The position numbers and the translations under genes were made by a program. A stretch of DNA of 32,000 nucleotides from a virus: positions 14,415 through 46,414 of the IMG/VR virus record IMGVR_UViG_3300035663_000007; one strand, written 5' to 3'. The notes under the pieces were generated by a model. The model made no database searches, had not been told where the DNA came from, and worked only from the letters and a program-made list of their open reading frames with translations. Shown one piece after another: positions 1 through 9,960 of this stretch (positions within the stretch are counted from its first letter, which is position 1; each line of letters begins with the position of its first letter).

Positions 1-267
1 AGGAGGGAGTTTGATATTCGATTAATCGCATGATCACGCCACGATACTGATTTTTTCATTTCAACTACCTTCTGAACGATAATTCAACCAATACCAAAAA
101 GCAATGATCTGGTAGTCGTAGCGACTTTTGCGGTAGACAAGATTCCACCATATTTTAAAGTTAACTGTGCAGTCATGGATTCCGTCATAGAGTCCGCCAC
201 GGGTTTCGTCGCGCATCCGATCAAATAATTTCATTGTTTTAATCCTCTAGGGTCTGAGTAGTGGCAA

Positions 268-666
268 TCATAGGCTTGTAATATTTAATTGAATGGGAAC
301 CTCGTAGCTTGTCAGCAAACCCTTTTTACTCATCTTTGCTAACTCAACCTGAACGTCTGCTATTTCAAATTGAATCTTTTTCTCGGCTCCCAATGGGGTG
401 ACTCCATCACAATTCAGGACTTCAATTAAATTCTCTAGGGTGATTTTTATATCCTTCTCAGTCCCATAAAGAAGGCGAATCATATAGAGGATGTAAGTAA
501 ATTTATTGATCCCCCCTGATATCAAGTCACACTGCAAGTTATAGATGTCTAAGTGTAGTTTTCCCTGTTTGTTCATCATTGTTCCCTGATTCTTTTCAAC
601 AGGGGACTTGTCTGCAAACTGAATAACGTTATCAATTGATTCAGACTCGGGTTCAACTTGTAACAT
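268..666 (-). CDS. hypothetical phage protein
   Basis: 132-aa ORF in a consistent leftward gene block. Confidence 0.6.
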   Translation of the reverse strand: MLQVEPESESIDNVIQFADKSPVEKNQGTMMNKQGKLHLDIYNLQCDLISGGINKFTYILYMIRLLYGTEKDIKITLENLIEVLNCDGVTPLGAEKKIQFEIADVQVELAKMSKKGLLTSYEVPIQLNITSL

Positions 667-675
667 GAGATTCTC

Positions 676-966
676 CTATCTAATAAATGGAATTGCATTG
701 TCTTTTAAAACCTCAAACCACTGCGCCTCTGTTGGCATCAGGTGTTCGTTATTTTTGAATGGATAAGGGAATATTCTCCTTGCTATTTTTGACGCTGCGA
801 TCGCATCTCTTTTTGTAGCAAACCAACCAGGAAAACGTACCCCAAACGGAATATAAGTTATCCCCCAATAATCATCATCAAGTCGGTTAACTGCCAACCA
901 TTTTCTAGCTGTGGCTTGAGCTTTTCCTAGTCCATAAATTGTCTGTGTTGTAATTGTTTTTCTCAT
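676..966 (-). CDS. hypothetical protein
   Basis: 96-aa ORF; its start overlaps the end of the next leftward ORF (963..1148). Confidence 0.6.
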   Translation of the reverse strand: MRKTITTQTIYGLGKAQATARKWLAVNRLDDDYWGITYIPFGVRFPGWFATKRDAIAASKIARRIFPYPFKNNEHLMPTEAQWFEVLKDNAIPFIR

Positions 967-1148
967 ATTTTCCTTGTTCTGGTGATTACGCTTGTCGGGG
1001 TTCCTTTCCAGTTTTCTTCAATGGTGAATTTGTCTTTTCCTTCTAGGTTCAGACGTTCGCACTCTTTCCGTGCTTCGCTGTGTCTTGAACTTGAAAATAC
1101 AACTTGACCTAAACTATTCTTGACTACAAATCCTTTAAATTCGCTCAT
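963..1148 (-). CDS. small hypothetical protein
   Basis: 61-aa ORF overlapping its neighbour by 4 bp, a coupled arrangement. Confidence 0.5.
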   Translation of the reverse strand: MSEFKGFVVKNSLGQVVFSSSRHSEARKECERLNLEGKDKFTIEENWKGTPTSVITRTRKI

Positions 1149-1281
1149 TATCCTCCTGTTAATTTGTTAAAAAATGGGGTAGATAAAGGGTCTTTCCTAC
1201 CCCTGATTCGTCTTACTTACACAAACACCAGATGACTGATGATCCTCGTCTAAACATCACCTCCTTTCTGTTGAGTTGAAG

Positions 1282-1596
1282 TTATGCGATCGCCAATTCC
1301 CCTGAAGACGGATTAACCTCAATAATCTCCCCCAAGGCAAGAATAAAAACCTCTGTTTCCTGTCCTACAGTTTCCTCTCCATCACTCCATTCAGGTTTGG
1401 GGATGCCCTTGGTAATTCCTATTAATTCAATAGTGAATGATGGAACTTTTAAGCCATAGCCGTTTCTAAACTCAATATGGGTGATAGGTTTGTCAAATCG
1501 GACATCATAATAAGGATCGATTTTTCTGTATTCCTCTTTTTTGACCCGAGTTTTGAATTGGGGGAATTTCACCCCCGGAGTTGAGTTAAGAGTCAA
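1282..1596 (-). CDS. hypothetical protein
   Basis: 104-aa ORF, leftward block. Confidence 0.55.
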   Translation of the reverse strand: MTLNSTPGVKFPQFKTRVKKEEYRKIDPYYDVRFDKPITHIEFRNGYGLKVPSFTIELIGITKGIPKPEWSDGEETVGQETEVFILALGEIIEVNPSSGELAIA

Positions 1597-1604
1597 GGCA
1601 ATTA

Positions 1605-2522
1605 CTAGAAATCAATACCCGCAGCCGCCAATGCTTCCACATCACTAACAGGGGGTAGCGCCGCCATAATTTGTTCGGGTTGAATCAAGGGGCGTTTAGG
1701 CTGTAATCCTTGGATACAAAAATCTTTAACTTCAGAATCAAAGCCAACAAAGTAGTTTTTCCATGTTTCTAGTGTGGGCTTTTCGTAGCTCACAACTTTA
1801 CACGCGGGACTTTTTATTTTATCCCCTGCTAACTCGCGTTTGGTAGTAAAAGCAAAAACACAAAGGGACTTGAACATCTGTGTTTTTTCACTAGCGGGAA
1901 TGCCATTAACTATGGCGTGGCACGATGTTAAGTCACTGATAAATTTTCCCCATTCAATTGAAAAACTAGCTTGAGCCGCGCCTTTCAATTTGAGGCTTAA
2001 AGGTACTTGGTGCAACGGCTTGTTATTTTCGTCAAGTAAGATGATGTCGAACGCCTGGAAGTTTTGAAAGTTATCATTTTCTTTGTGAATAGCTTTCTTG
2101 TAATAACCAGCAAAAACAATATGTTCTTGTTCTTTTGTCGCGGCTTTATCTAATGCCAGAACTGGAGTCCGAGGACAAACGAGTGCGCGCATTGACGTGA
2201 ACAGCAACCCTTGTTCTTTTTTGTCTCCACTTGCAAAGGCATAATCAATAAGGGTTTTTTCGTCAAAGTTTAACCATCCGGCTTTTGCGGCTTGATCAAT
2301 GGGGATAAAATAACCGCATTGTGACGGGTCTTCCCCTCGCATGGCTTGAATGCGGGGAAGTTTTGCATCTGGATTGATGTATTCCTCAGACGCAAATTCA
2401 TCACGGATGACGGATTTACCCTCGTCCATTGGTTTAATTTCAGTTTGCATAACTTCGGTTTCAGTGGTTTTTGTTGTGGTTTTCATTGGATTTCTGTTAG
2501 ATTTATTTAGGCTTAATCGCAC
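1605..2522 (-). CDS. hypothetical protein, cyanobacterial/cyanophage type; start may be an internal ATG (MKTTTKTTE...)
   Basis: 305-aa ORF, the largest in the leftward early block; no family assigned with confidence. Confidence 0.6.
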   Translation of the reverse strand: MRLSLNKSNRNPMKTTTKTTETEVMQTEIKPMDEGKSVIRDEFASEEYINPDAKLPRIQAMRGEDPSQCGYFIPIDQAAKAGWLNFDEKTLIDYAFASGDKKEQGLLFTSMRALVCPRTPVLALDKAATKEQEHIVFAGYYKKAIHKENDNFQNFQAFDIILLDENNKPLHQVPLSLKLKGAAQASFSIEWGKFISDLTSCHAIVNGIPASEKTQMFKSLCVFAFTTKRELAGDKIKSPACKVVSYEKPTLETWKNYFVGFDSEVKDFCIQGLQPKRPLIQPEQIMAALPPVSDVEALAAAGIDF

Positions 2523-2569
2523 CGCCCCAACGCTTCACAATCGCACTATGAAGCGTAAGGGAAAAATGA

Positions 2570-2791
2570 TTAGTTTGATGGACTGTTACCTCGACTTTGG
2601 AAGATTGAATGAATTAATGAATTAAATTCATCCATTGGAATTGAATTTTCTGAAGCCTGTTTGATGATTGCAGGAATTTCCCGATCATCAATCTCAATAC
2701 ATCGGTCGTTATAGGTTTCGTTGAACTCGACAATGAAGTCGCGTTCTTCTATTAATTCGACGAATCTTTCAGCCAACTGCTTAACATCCAT
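2570..2791 (-). CDS. small acidic hypothetical protein
   Basis: 73-aa ORF; start abuts the end of the ORF at 2791..3021. Confidence 0.5.
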   Translation of the reverse strand: MDVKQLAERFVELIEERDFIVEFNETYNDRCIEIDDREIPAIIKQASENSIPMDEFNSLIHSIFQSRGNSPSN

Positions 2792-3021
2792 TACGCCACC
2801 TCCTCGTGGGATTTGTAATATTTCACCGATCCGTTGTCGTAACGATATTCGATCCGATAGACTCGGTTAAATTTATCAGTTTCTTCTTTATTCGGAAATC
2901 CTATGATTCCTTCACATCTGAAGGTGGGATTTTCCCCATTCTCTCCCACCCATTCTTTAAATTCTTGGTAGGTGTCAAAGATTAAGGGTTCGATTCCCAG
3001 CGTGATGTAGTTACTGTTCAT
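2791..3021 (-). CDS. hypothetical protein
   Basis: 76-aa ORF in the same operon. Confidence 0.5.
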   Translation of the reverse strand: MNSNYITLGIEPLIFDTYQEFKEWVGENGENPTFRCEGIIGFPNKEETDKFNRVYRIEYRYDNGSVKYYKSHEEVA

Positions 3022-3097
3022 TTTTTTTTGCCTTAAATAATTAATGCTTTGTTGAACCTTTTAGGGACTTGTTCAGGTCTCGGTTGTTCTATGGGTA

Positions 3098-3616
3098 TTA
3101 ATAGCGGTTTTCCTCCTCAGTCCATGACTGCTCAATTAAGCAGTCGGCGGCGAGTTGAAATGAGCTATGGCGGGACATGCTGTATTGATACCCTTTTCCG
3201 TGAACTAACATCTCGGAAACTGCATAATAATCAGATTTGTACTGAACCACAAAACCCAGTTTCCAACAGCCTGCATAAACTGCCGTTCCCTGTTGTTTGG
3301 CTAGTGCCACAATCGTTTCTTGAGAGGGTGAGGGTTCAGTAACAGGTTTTGATTGTTGAATCTGTTCCCAATAATTTAGGAACTGATCAGCCCCAATCAG
3401 AATCGCACCGCCATCTGCTAATACAAATTTAAAAATGTCGTGATTAGTAAAAATACCCATAATTGCGTCAGGTGTAGGGTTGATTTCCCCAAACGTATCC
3501 CAGGAAATAACCTGGGCAGCTATTCCTTTGTTTAGTGCCAGTGCCATAACTTCAGGGGAAATCAGAGGGGCGGGCGCGGTCTGGACTTGATTAATTTGGA
3601 CGGTTGTTGCTATCAT
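3098..3616 (-). CDS. hypothetical protein
   Basis: 172-aa ORF; first gene of the leftward block, next to the divergent intergenic region. Confidence 0.55.
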   Translation of the reverse strand: MIATTVQINQVQTAPAPLISPEVMALALNKGIAAQVISWDTFGEINPTPDAIMGIFTNHDIFKFVLADGGAILIGADQFLNYWEQIQQSKPVTEPSPSQETIVALAKQQGTAVYAGCWKLGFVVQYKSDYYAVSEMLVHGKGYQYSMSRHSSFQLAADCLIEQSWTEEENRY

Positions 3617-3637
3617 GGTTTAGTTGGGTTTATCCCT

Positions 3638-3677
3638 AAGCGGTCAGCACTGATATCAAGTCGGGTGCTGACCGCTT
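3638..3677. repeat. perfect 13-bp inverted repeat AAGCGGTCAGCAC / GTGCTGACCGCTT with 14-nt loop
   Basis: Left arm 3638-3650, right arm 3665-3677, in the divergent intergenic region. Confidence 0.85.
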
Positions 3678-3727
3678 TTGGCTTTATGTAAATAAATCTA
3701 GCACCAATAAAAATTTATGTCAAGGGG

Positions 3728-3756
3728 TTGATAAATATTTTTTTATGTGATATAGT
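3728..3756 (+). promoter_or_regulatory. sigma70-type promoter TTGATA-N17-TATAGT
   Basis: -35 at 3728-3733, 17-bp spacer, -10 at 3751-3756, upstream of the ORF at 3786. Confidence 0.65.
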
Positions 3757-3785
3757 CAAAATATTGTCAACTGAGGAAAGGGCTG

Positions 3786-3980
3786 ATGATTAAGAAGAAA
3801 CTCCGAGAACGACCTGACGAATGGGTACATGGGGAAAAGAAGATCCCCCGGTCAGTGATGCTCACTGACTCCGCAGCAAGGCTGTTAGGGCAAAAAGCCC
3901 TAGACCTTGGGATCACAAGATCAGAGGTACTGGAGCGAGCTATAAGAAGCGGTGGTTTAGATTTAGCCGATAGTTTTTAA
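3786..3980 (+). CDS. small ribbon-helix-helix-like protein (possible regulator)
   Basis: 64 aa; 'IPRSVMLTDSAARLLGQKALDLGITRSEVLERAIRSG' resembles CopG/RHH folds; RBS gaggaaaggg upstream. Confidence 0.5.
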   Translation: MIKKKLRERPDEWVHGEKKIPRSVMLTDSAARLLGQKALDLGITRSEVLERAIRSGGLDLADSF

Positions 3981-3994
3981 CAATTAACCCAATT

Positions 3995-4192
3995 ATGTTT
4001 CAAATCTCAATAACAACGGTCACAGTCCTGGCTTTAATGGTGCTGCCATTACTGGCTTTGGAATCAGTCAACAGAGGAAGGGGAGAAAACAAGACCCCAC
4101 CGCCAAAAACTCAAGGGTTTGAGTATGGCAAATTTGCAGCGACAACACCAACAGATGAATCCCCAGAACGTGGGGACGGGAGACGCGAATGA
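3995..4192 (+). CDS. small membrane-anchored hypothetical protein
   Basis: 65 aa with hydrophobic N-terminus; stop overlaps the start of the next ORF (ATGA). Confidence 0.45.
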   Translation: MFQISITTVTVLALMVLPLLALESVNRGRGENKTPPPKTQGFEYGKFAATTPTDESPERGDGRRE

Positions 4193-5370
4193 GACCCTCT
4201 ATTCTAGCCGCTTTTGCAGAAGCTATCCCCTATATCCCAGGACTTAGACAGCAAACGGGGAGCGTAGTAGCTACGATTCTCATGATGCAACTTGAGTACC
4301 GTTTTGCTAAGTATCCAGAGGGTTTTTACAAGTTTTTGGAACCGCCTCAAAACGGGCATCAGGACTACAAGATTGGGGATAGTTGGGTTGAGGAATTGGC
4401 TTTTAGCAAAGAGGAATTCAGGACTGGGTTTGACAAGATTGGAGTCCGTTACAACTCCAAAACTCAGTATGACGAAGCAAAATCTAGCGGGTCTGAATTC
4501 GGGAGTAGCTATTACTGTTCCTACGTTGACCGGAGATCGGGACTAACTTTCTACTTTCGCAATCATAGCAAGGTAGACGAGTTAATTTCAGACATCGAAC
4601 CCAGACAAAAATCAATGGGTTTTCGACCTCGGAAAACTAGACCCCAAATAGTAGATCCCGATTTACGGGAAATCGGGAATCCCAATTTACCAGATGTTGT
4701 TTTTTCCGAGGTCAGTAAATCGGGATTCCCGATTTACCAGAGTGGGGAATCCCAATTTACCGATCCTTATATAGATATTTCAGAAAAGACTACAGAAAAG
4801 ACAACAGAAAAGATCCCCCCTACCCCCCAAGGGGAATCGGAGTGGGGGGGGATTCCAAACGAAGCCGTTTTAGTTTCAAACGAAGACCTCGGACAAGAGG
4901 GTACAGAGGACTTGACTCCTCACCAAAGCCCAGAACAAGACCCACCTGTTAAAAACCATCTTCCTACTCCTGAGATCAAACATCCCGCCGCCGTCGAGTT
5001 CGATTCTCGATTTCTGCCAACGGACACAACCGCAGAAAATATGGCGACCTGGAAACAAATTGTGGCGACCGGAGCCATGCGCGGCGAACGTTCCCCCGAC
5101 CCTGAATTTTTGGAATATTACAGGGTGCTGTTAAGCAAATGCACTCATTACAGAGGGAAGGATTGCAACTCTAACCACGCCAAGTCATCCCTAGCTCAGA
5201 AATGGAAATCCGAACCGCTAAAAATTCTTGCCGATGCCGAAAGTTGGCTCAAAGCAAAAGCCAAGTTTAGCGGTGGCAAATCAACTCAGACCCGAAACAT
5301 TGACGAGCTTTCTAAGGATGAACGCCTTGCCATCCTTAGAGCCAAACGCGAACAAAAATTAGGAGCTTAA
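4189..5370 (+). CDS. putative replication protein / replication organizer
   Basis: 393-aa ORF immediately upstream of the helicase module; function inferred from position. Confidence 0.45.
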   Translation: MRPSILAAFAEAIPYIPGLRQQTGSVVATILMMQLEYRFAKYPEGFYKFLEPPQNGHQDYKIGDSWVEELAFSKEEFRTGFDKIGVRYNSKTQYDEAKSSGSEFGSSYYCSYVDRRSGLTFYFRNHSKVDELISDIEPRQKSMGFRPRKTRPQIVDPDLREIGNPNLPDVVFSEVSKSGFPIYQSGESQFTDPYIDISEKTTEKTTEKIPPTPQGESEWGGIPNEAVLVSNEDLGQEGTEDLTPHQSPEQDPPVKNHLPTPEIKHPAAVEFDSRFLPTDTTAENMATWKQIVATGAMRGERSPDPEFLEYYRVLLSKCTHYRGKDCNSNHAKSSLAQKWKSEPLKILADAESWLKAKAKFSGGKSTQTRNIDELSKDERLAILRAKREQKLGA

Positions 5371-5372
5371 CC

Positions 5373-5942
5373 ATGACCGAGCTTAACGATGAAATCTTTG
5401 ATCAGGGAATTGAAAACCTGAAAGAAAACTTTCCCGACGCGATTTTTACACAACTCAAGTACGAGATTTGGTTTGACAAACTCAGTCAAGAGTTATCGGC
5501 AGAAGAATTTGAGATGGCAATTATGGAGGCGATTTTCAATCTTAGACAATGCCCCACGGGTAAAGAGCTTGTAAACCTCGTTAAAGAGTCCGACCGTGAA
5601 TTAGTATCTAATTGTTGGTCAAGATGCCTAGAATCGCTCGCTAACCGCCTCCCGTTAAATAATTTGGATGATGCTACCCAGTACGCAATTTTCAAACTCG
5701 GTGGGATATCTCACCTTGGATCGATTGAAAGTACCCAACTGCAATACCTGAGCAACGATTTCAAGATCCACTGGCAAGCCTACCGAAAATCCCCGCGAGA
5801 ATTTGAGCGCCCAGTGCAAATCATTCCCCCTGAGCAACGGGAATTCAAACCCAATGGACTCAAGCCAGAACTTTCAGAGGAACAACGGGTAAAAAATCAG
5901 GAATTTCTAAATAACCTGATCGCCACAAAAATGAGAACTTAA
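5373..5942 (+). CDS. hypothetical protein, possible helicase-loader-like by position
   Basis: 189-aa ORF between the putative replication protein and DnaB. Confidence 0.4.
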   Translation: MTELNDEIFDQGIENLKENFPDAIFTQLKYEIWFDKLSQELSAEEFEMAIMEAIFNLRQCPTGKELVNLVKESDRELVSNCWSRCLESLANRLPLNNLDDATQYAIFKLGGISHLGSIESTQLQYLSNDFKIHWQAYRKSPREFERPVQIIPPEQREFKPNGLKPELSEEQRVKNQEFLNNLIATKMRT

Positions 5943-5955
5943 ACGGAGCGAAATA

Positions 5956-7269
5956 ATGGAAACAGTAATCATGGAAAATGTCGAGGCAGAACAAGCCGTT
6001 TTAGGGGGGATTCTATTAGACCCAGAAGCCATTGGTCGAGTTGCAGAAATGTTGCAACCTGAATCATTCTCCCTGCGATCGCATCAAACGATTTACAAGG
6101 CAGTATTAACCCTGCATTCTGAGGGAAAACCCACTGATTTGATGACCGTTACATTTTGGTTGGCAGATCAGAAATTACTCGACAAAGCCGGAGGACAATT
6201 AGGATTAACTCAACTCGTAGATCGGACGGTTTCAGCAGTCAACATTGATCAATATGCCAAACTAATTCTTGACAAAAAAACCCGTCGCGATCTAGTATCT
6301 TCCGCTTATAAGATTATTGAGTTAGCAGAAGATACCAGTCAAGAATTAGAGACTGTAATTCAAAAATCAGAAGAACAAATTGCCAATATTTCCCAGGGGA
6401 AAAGTCAGCAAGATTTAGTTTCAATTGGTGAAACCCTGATTGATACCTTTCAGGAAATTGAAGATCGGAGTGAAAGCAAAATTCCCCCCGGTGTTCCCTG
6501 CGGTTTCTATGATTTAGATGCAATGACAGGAGGTTTTCAACGGTCGGATTTAATTATTGTGGCTGGTAGGCCGTCAATGGGAAAAACAGCCTTAGCAGTC
6601 CAGTTTGGTTTTAAGATTGCTAAAAAAGGATTACCCGTTGCGGTGTTCAGTTTAGAAATGTCCAAAGGTCAGTTAGTCCAACGACTTTTAGCAGGGGAAG
6701 CAAAAATCGAAAGCACGCGGCTGCGGTCGGGAAATATTCAGCAAGATGAGTGGGAGCCGTTAACAGAGGCGATTAGTAAGTTAGCAGAATTGCCGATTTT
6801 TATTGACGATACCTCGAACCCTACTGTCAATGAAATTAAGAAAAAAGCTCAAAAACTGCAAGCCGAAAACGATGGAAAACTAGGCTTAATCCTAATAGAT
6901 TATCTGCAATTAATGGATGGGGGAAGCGACAATCGGGTGCAGGAATTGTCAAGAATTACACGGGGATTAAAGGGAATGGCAAAAGATTTAAACGTCCCTG
7001 TTATTGTCTTATCTCAGTTAAATCGAAGTGTTGAGCAGCGCACTAATAAACGCCCAATGATGTCCGACTTGAGAGAATCGGGATCAACGGAACAGGACGC
7101 GGATTTGATAATGATGATTTACCGAGATGATTACTATAATCCCAACAGTTCAGAAGCCGGGGTAGCTGAAATCATTTTAACCAAACATCGCAACGGCCCC
7201 ACCGGAACGGTTAAGTTATTATTTGATTCCCAGTTTACTCAGTTTAAGAATATGGCGAGGTCAAGATAG
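5956..7269 (+). CDS. dnaB: replicative DNA helicase, DnaB family
   Basis: N-terminal 'ENVEAEQAVLGGILLDPEAI', Walker A 'AGRPSMGKTALA', Walker B 'LGLILIDYLQLM', 'VIVLSQLNRSVEQRTNKRPMMSDLRESG'. Confidence 0.95.
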   Translation: METVIMENVEAEQAVLGGILLDPEAIGRVAEMLQPESFSLRSHQTIYKAVLTLHSEGKPTDLMTVTFWLADQKLLDKAGGQLGLTQLVDRTVSAVNIDQYAKLILDKKTRRDLVSSAYKIIELAEDTSQELETVIQKSEEQIANISQGKSQQDLVSIGETLIDTFQEIEDRSESKIPPGVPCGFYDLDAMTGGFQRSDLIIVAGRPSMGKTALAVQFGFKIAKKGLPVAVFSLEMSKGQLVQRLLAGEAKIESTRLRSGNIQQDEWEPLTEAISKLAELPIFIDDTSNPTVNEIKKKAQKLQAENDGKLGLILIDYLQLMDGGSDNRVQELSRITRGLKGMAKDLNVPVIVLSQLNRSVEQRTNKRPMMSDLRESGSTEQDADLIMMIYRDDYYNPNSSEAGVAEIILTKHRNGPTGTVKLLFDSQFTQFKNMARSR

Positions 7270-7292
7270 AAACCCACTAATTATCAAGGAAT

Positions 7293-7919
7293 TTGAGAAT
7301 GCTAGAAAATTACAAGAACACATGGACAGAAGCTGAGATAGAACAACTTCTACTTTTAAAAGACAGCAAAAAAACTCATGCGCAGATTGCTGAAATTTTA
7401 GGGAGAACAAAAGCATCTATTGATATCAAATATTCAAAGGTTAGAAACAACCTAGAGGAATCAAGTTGGATATGGACACACGAGGAAACTGAAACCTTGA
7501 TAGCACTAGCAGAAACTTTACCGTTCACCCAATTAGTTATTCGATATAATCAACTAGCCGTTAAAAAAGGCTATCAAGAGCGAACAATATTATCCGTTCA
7601 AAATAAGTTATTAAATCTCGGACAAAGCCTAAGACCTAACAGTGGTTGGTATGGAGCCACGGCAGTTTTTATAGGACTAGGATTTTCAAGAGAAAGGATT
7701 CGTGGATGGATAAATAACGGGCTAAAACATCACTCTGAAGGCACAAGACAGTTTTACATTCGGAATGATCATTTGGTGGAATACATCCTATCCCATCCTG
7801 ATTGTTTAAACGGAATCTCAGACGATGGGGTTCGTTGGTTTATCGCTTTATTAAATGAAGACAGGGAGATGAAAAAACGTGATGGTAGACCTGAAAACGC
7901 CCGTTCATTAACCGCTTAA
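7293..7919 (+). CDS. Myb/SANT-like or HTH DNA-binding hypothetical protein
   Basis: 'NTWTEAEIEQLLLLKDSKKTHAQIAEILGRTKASIDIKYSKVR' and a second 'WTHEETETLIALAETL' segment. Confidence 0.5.
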   Translation: MRMLENYKNTWTEAEIEQLLLLKDSKKTHAQIAEILGRTKASIDIKYSKVRNNLEESSWIWTHEETETLIALAETLPFTQLVIRYNQLAVKKGYQERTILSVQNKLLNLGQSLRPNSGWYGATAVFIGLGFSRERIRGWINNGLKHHSEGTRQFYIRNDHLVEYILSHPDCLNGISDDGVRWFIALLNEDREMKKRDGRPENARSLTA

Positions 7920-7974
7920 TCTTGACCGCGCCCTTGATTGATTAATTCCATTAAACCCAACAAAGGAGATTGAC

Positions 7975-8547
7975 ATGACCGTAACAACCAAGATATTTGA
8001 AAGAGTTTTAAAAGTTGGTGAGTGGGTAGAGATTGACCCACATAAACACCGCCCATCTTATCTAATAAGAGGTACAGCATGGCGAGTTGAAAGTTTCAAT
8101 GTATTAAAACAAACCTGTCAAGTAACTAACTGTAAAGAGGGAAGTTGGCACAGATCAGAAACCCTAGACTTTGAGGAGATTTCCGACTCATCCCCATTCA
8201 AAAAAACTGATATTGTGCAATTAAAAAAGGATAGCCGTTACATCGGACGGGTGATTATGTGCCGGGGGAATAAAATCAAAATTCAGTGGACGAAAGGATT
8301 GGCAGAATCCTTAGACTCGGACAAGATAAAACTATTTATTCAGATGGTCAAAGGGGAACAAATCCCCCTCGGAAATTACGCTTTCCAGAAAGGCGATCAT
8401 GTCAAAACTACAGACAAGAATTTTGGCAATGTAATCCTCACTGTAAAAGAATGCTTACCCTCTGGAATGGTTGGCTTGAAATCTTCAAACGATCCTGACT
8501 TACTACTCCCCGGCTGTGGCTTAACAGTTGTTGAGGAGGGTTTCTAA
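7975..8547 (+). CDS. hypothetical protein
   Basis: 190-aa ORF with two similar beta-rich segments ('...KVGEWVEIDPHKHRPSYLIRGTAWRVESFN' / '...KGDHVKTTDKNFGNVILTVKECL'). Confidence 0.5.
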   Translation: MTVTTKIFERVLKVGEWVEIDPHKHRPSYLIRGTAWRVESFNVLKQTCQVTNCKEGSWHRSETLDFEEISDSSPFKKTDIVQLKKDSRYIGRVIMCRGNKIKIQWTKGLAESLDSDKIKLFIQMVKGEQIPLGNYAFQKGDHVKTTDKNFGNVILTVKECLPSGMVGLKSSNDPDLLLPGCGLTVVEEGF

Positions 8548-9500
8548 TGCCAACATTCGCAACATTATTCATGGGCGGAGGCGGTGCAGATTTGGGGTTA
8601 GAAGCCGCGGGTTTTGAGTCCATTTGGGGGATCGAACGAGATCCTAAAATTGCAGAAGTAGCACGATTAAATTTCCCCAATACCAAAGTATTCAACTCTT
8701 GTGTTGGTGAAATTCGCACTCATCTCATGGAGCGGGTTGATCTACTTTGGATGAGTCCCCCCTGCCAACAATACAGCAATGCACGGCGGGGTGATATTCC
8801 TGACCATAAAGATAAAGATGCGGGGCTTTATTGCTGTGATTATATTGCCATATTATCCCCTCGATGGGTGGTTCTCGAAAACGTCCCAGGATATGCAAAA
8901 TCACCAACTTTTGAGGCGATATTGCGATCGCTAATTGATTGTGGATATCGCTATCATTGGTTAATTTTAGACGCGGCGGATCACGGGGTTCCGCAAAACC
9001 GGAAACGGTTGATTATGTGGGCAGTTAAAAATTCAGAACCCCTCCCTTATTTTCCTGAACCAAAACCTAAAAAGGGATGGTATCAAGCCCTTAGTGATTT
9101 AATCCCAGAAATGCAGGACTGTGAGCTTGCGGACTGGCAGATTAAGCGACTGAATGAACTGGGTTTACCGGAAAAAGCCTCTCATTCACCCGTTTTGTTA
9201 ATCCCCCGTGCGGGAGCCTGTATCAAGAATATTTTACCGACTCCACAAAACAAGCCTTGTCCAACAATTCGAGCTATGGCGGGTGTTTCGACCCATTGGG
9301 CGGACATCGTACAGGGAAGTCAAATCAAACGGATTAGTCAAAAAGCGACGGCACGGCTGCAAACTTTTCCCGATGATTACAAATTCTCAGAATCAAAAAC
9401 CCTGACTCAGCAAATCATCGGGAATGCCGTGCCGCCGTTGTTGGCTAAAGAGCTAGGTTTAGCTATCTTAAAATCAATTAATCTTTATGAAGACAACTAA
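8547..9500 (+). CDS. DNA (cytosine-5)-methyltransferase
   Basis: Motif I 'ATLFMGGGGADLGLEAAGF', catalytic 'WMSPPCQQYSNARRG', 'ENVP', 'QNRKRLIMWA', C-terminal 'GNAVPPLLAKELG'. Confidence 0.93.
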   Translation: MPTFATLFMGGGGADLGLEAAGFESIWGIERDPKIAEVARLNFPNTKVFNSCVGEIRTHLMERVDLLWMSPPCQQYSNARRGDIPDHKDKDAGLYCCDYIAILSPRWVVLENVPGYAKSPTFEAILRSLIDCGYRYHWLILDAADHGVPQNRKRLIMWAVKNSEPLPYFPEPKPKKGWYQALSDLIPEMQDCELADWQIKRLNELGLPEKASHSPVLLIPRAGACIKNILPTPQNKPCPTIRAMAGVSTHWADIVQGSQIKRISQKATARLQTFPDDYKFSESKTLTQQIIGNAVPPLLAKELGLAILKSINLYEDN

Positions 9501-9900
9501 AAAAGGATTTCAACCCGCCCAAAAAATTCATACCAACGACCTCCACACATTCTCTTGTGAGTGTCTCTGGTATGATGCAGAAACAGACGAGGAACTTTTA
9601 TCTGAATTATGGACAATTAAACTCGATAAAAGGCGATTTAGAACCGATGTCAGACAGGCTATTGTTGCAGGACTTATCTATTGTTTTCTCGAAACACCGG
9701 AAGCAATAGAGCGACATATTAACAGAGTGTTTTTTTGGAATAACAAATCCCGTGCTTTTGAGCCATTGGGTGCAGTGTCCGACGCTCCGATGACCGGATC
9801 TAGTCCAGTTGATTTTGAAGCCGATCCGGTGGTGGCTTTTGAGAGATTAAAAGCCCTTTGTGTCGAGATTGAGATTATCAAGGTTGACGATTGCTCTTGA
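9487..9900 (+). CDS. hypothetical protein
   Basis: 137-aa ORF overlapping the end of the methyltransferase. Confidence 0.5.
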   Translation: MKTTKKGFQPAQKIHTNDLHTFSCECLWYDAETDEELLSELWTIKLDKRRFRTDVRQAIVAGLIYCFLETPEAIERHINRVFFWNNKSRAFEPLGAVSDAPMTGSSPVDFEADPVVAFERLKALCVEIEIIKVDDCS

Positions 9901-9960
9901 CCTTTTAAAAATATATAAATAAACTTGTTTTTTTTTGCGTTATTCGTGTACAATGTAAAT

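Noticed and set aside
9678-9953. 91-aa minus-strand ORF
   Set aside because: Antisense to the 137-aa ORF 9487-9900 and extends into the AT-rich intergenic region.
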